From NCBI GenBank assembly GCA_032128375.1, contig JAQBGU010000147.1:1-24939 (forward strand): a stretch of 24,939 nucleotides of DNA, written 5' to 3'. The notes below the pieces were generated by a model. That model made no database searches. It was not told the origin of the DNA and saw only the letters and a list, made by a program, of their open reading frames with translations. Of the stretch, positions 24,931-24,939 are shown piece by piece. Origin of the DNA: Deltaproteobacteria bacterium (GTDB lineage: Bacteria; Myxococcota_A; UBA9160; SMWR01). Each line of letters opens with the position of its first letter. The first letter of the stretch is position 1. Made by a program: the position numbers and the translations under genes.

Positions 24931-24939
24931 AACCCCCAA

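Noticed and set aside
24915..24939. Poly-G tract as a phase-variation or G-quadruplex element
   Set aside because: It sits at the extreme contig end, typical of sequencing artefacts.
1..24939. tRNA/rRNA genes, T-box before ileS, transposases, integrases, defence systems
   Set aside because: None recognised; the intergenic space before ileS is too short for a T-box.

Overview
A GC-rich bacterial chromosomal segment. The gene styles (receiver-PilZ protein, type-2 IleRS, His6-type HisA) suggest a Myxococcota/deltaproteobacterium-like organism, which is an inference. The window appears to be a whole contig, with a probable chimeric join near nt 125 and a poly-G artefact at the right end. It holds about 22 CDSs. 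Cyclic di-GMP signalling is represented by a PilZ protein, a degenerate GGDEF-EAL protein and a GAF-HD-GYP protein. Other genes encode a CPBP protease, YqgE/AlgH, a ferritin-like di-iron protein coupled to an ABC1/UbiB kinase, an MBL hydrolase-SDR-PhhB run, MscS, glutathione-dependent formaldehyde dehydrogenase, two TauE exporters, a PQQ operon (pqqB, fused pqqCD, pqqE), ileS-hisA, a DUF5658-like protein and a MaoC hydratase, plus two pseudogenes. Four features stand out. (i) The PQQ operon has no canonical pqqA, its PqqB lacks the CxCxxC motif, and a 19-aa ORF overlapping the pqqB start sits in the pqqA position. (ii) The IleRS has altered signature motifs (HNGS, KESKS), has lost its Zn-knuckle cysteines, and carries a ~117-aa insertion resembling a double-psi beta-barrel. 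(iii) The leader of the EAL gene has alternative base pairings. (iv) Two intergenic regions share a 10-bp-period repeat. All assignments come from motif recognition by eye; no searches were run.
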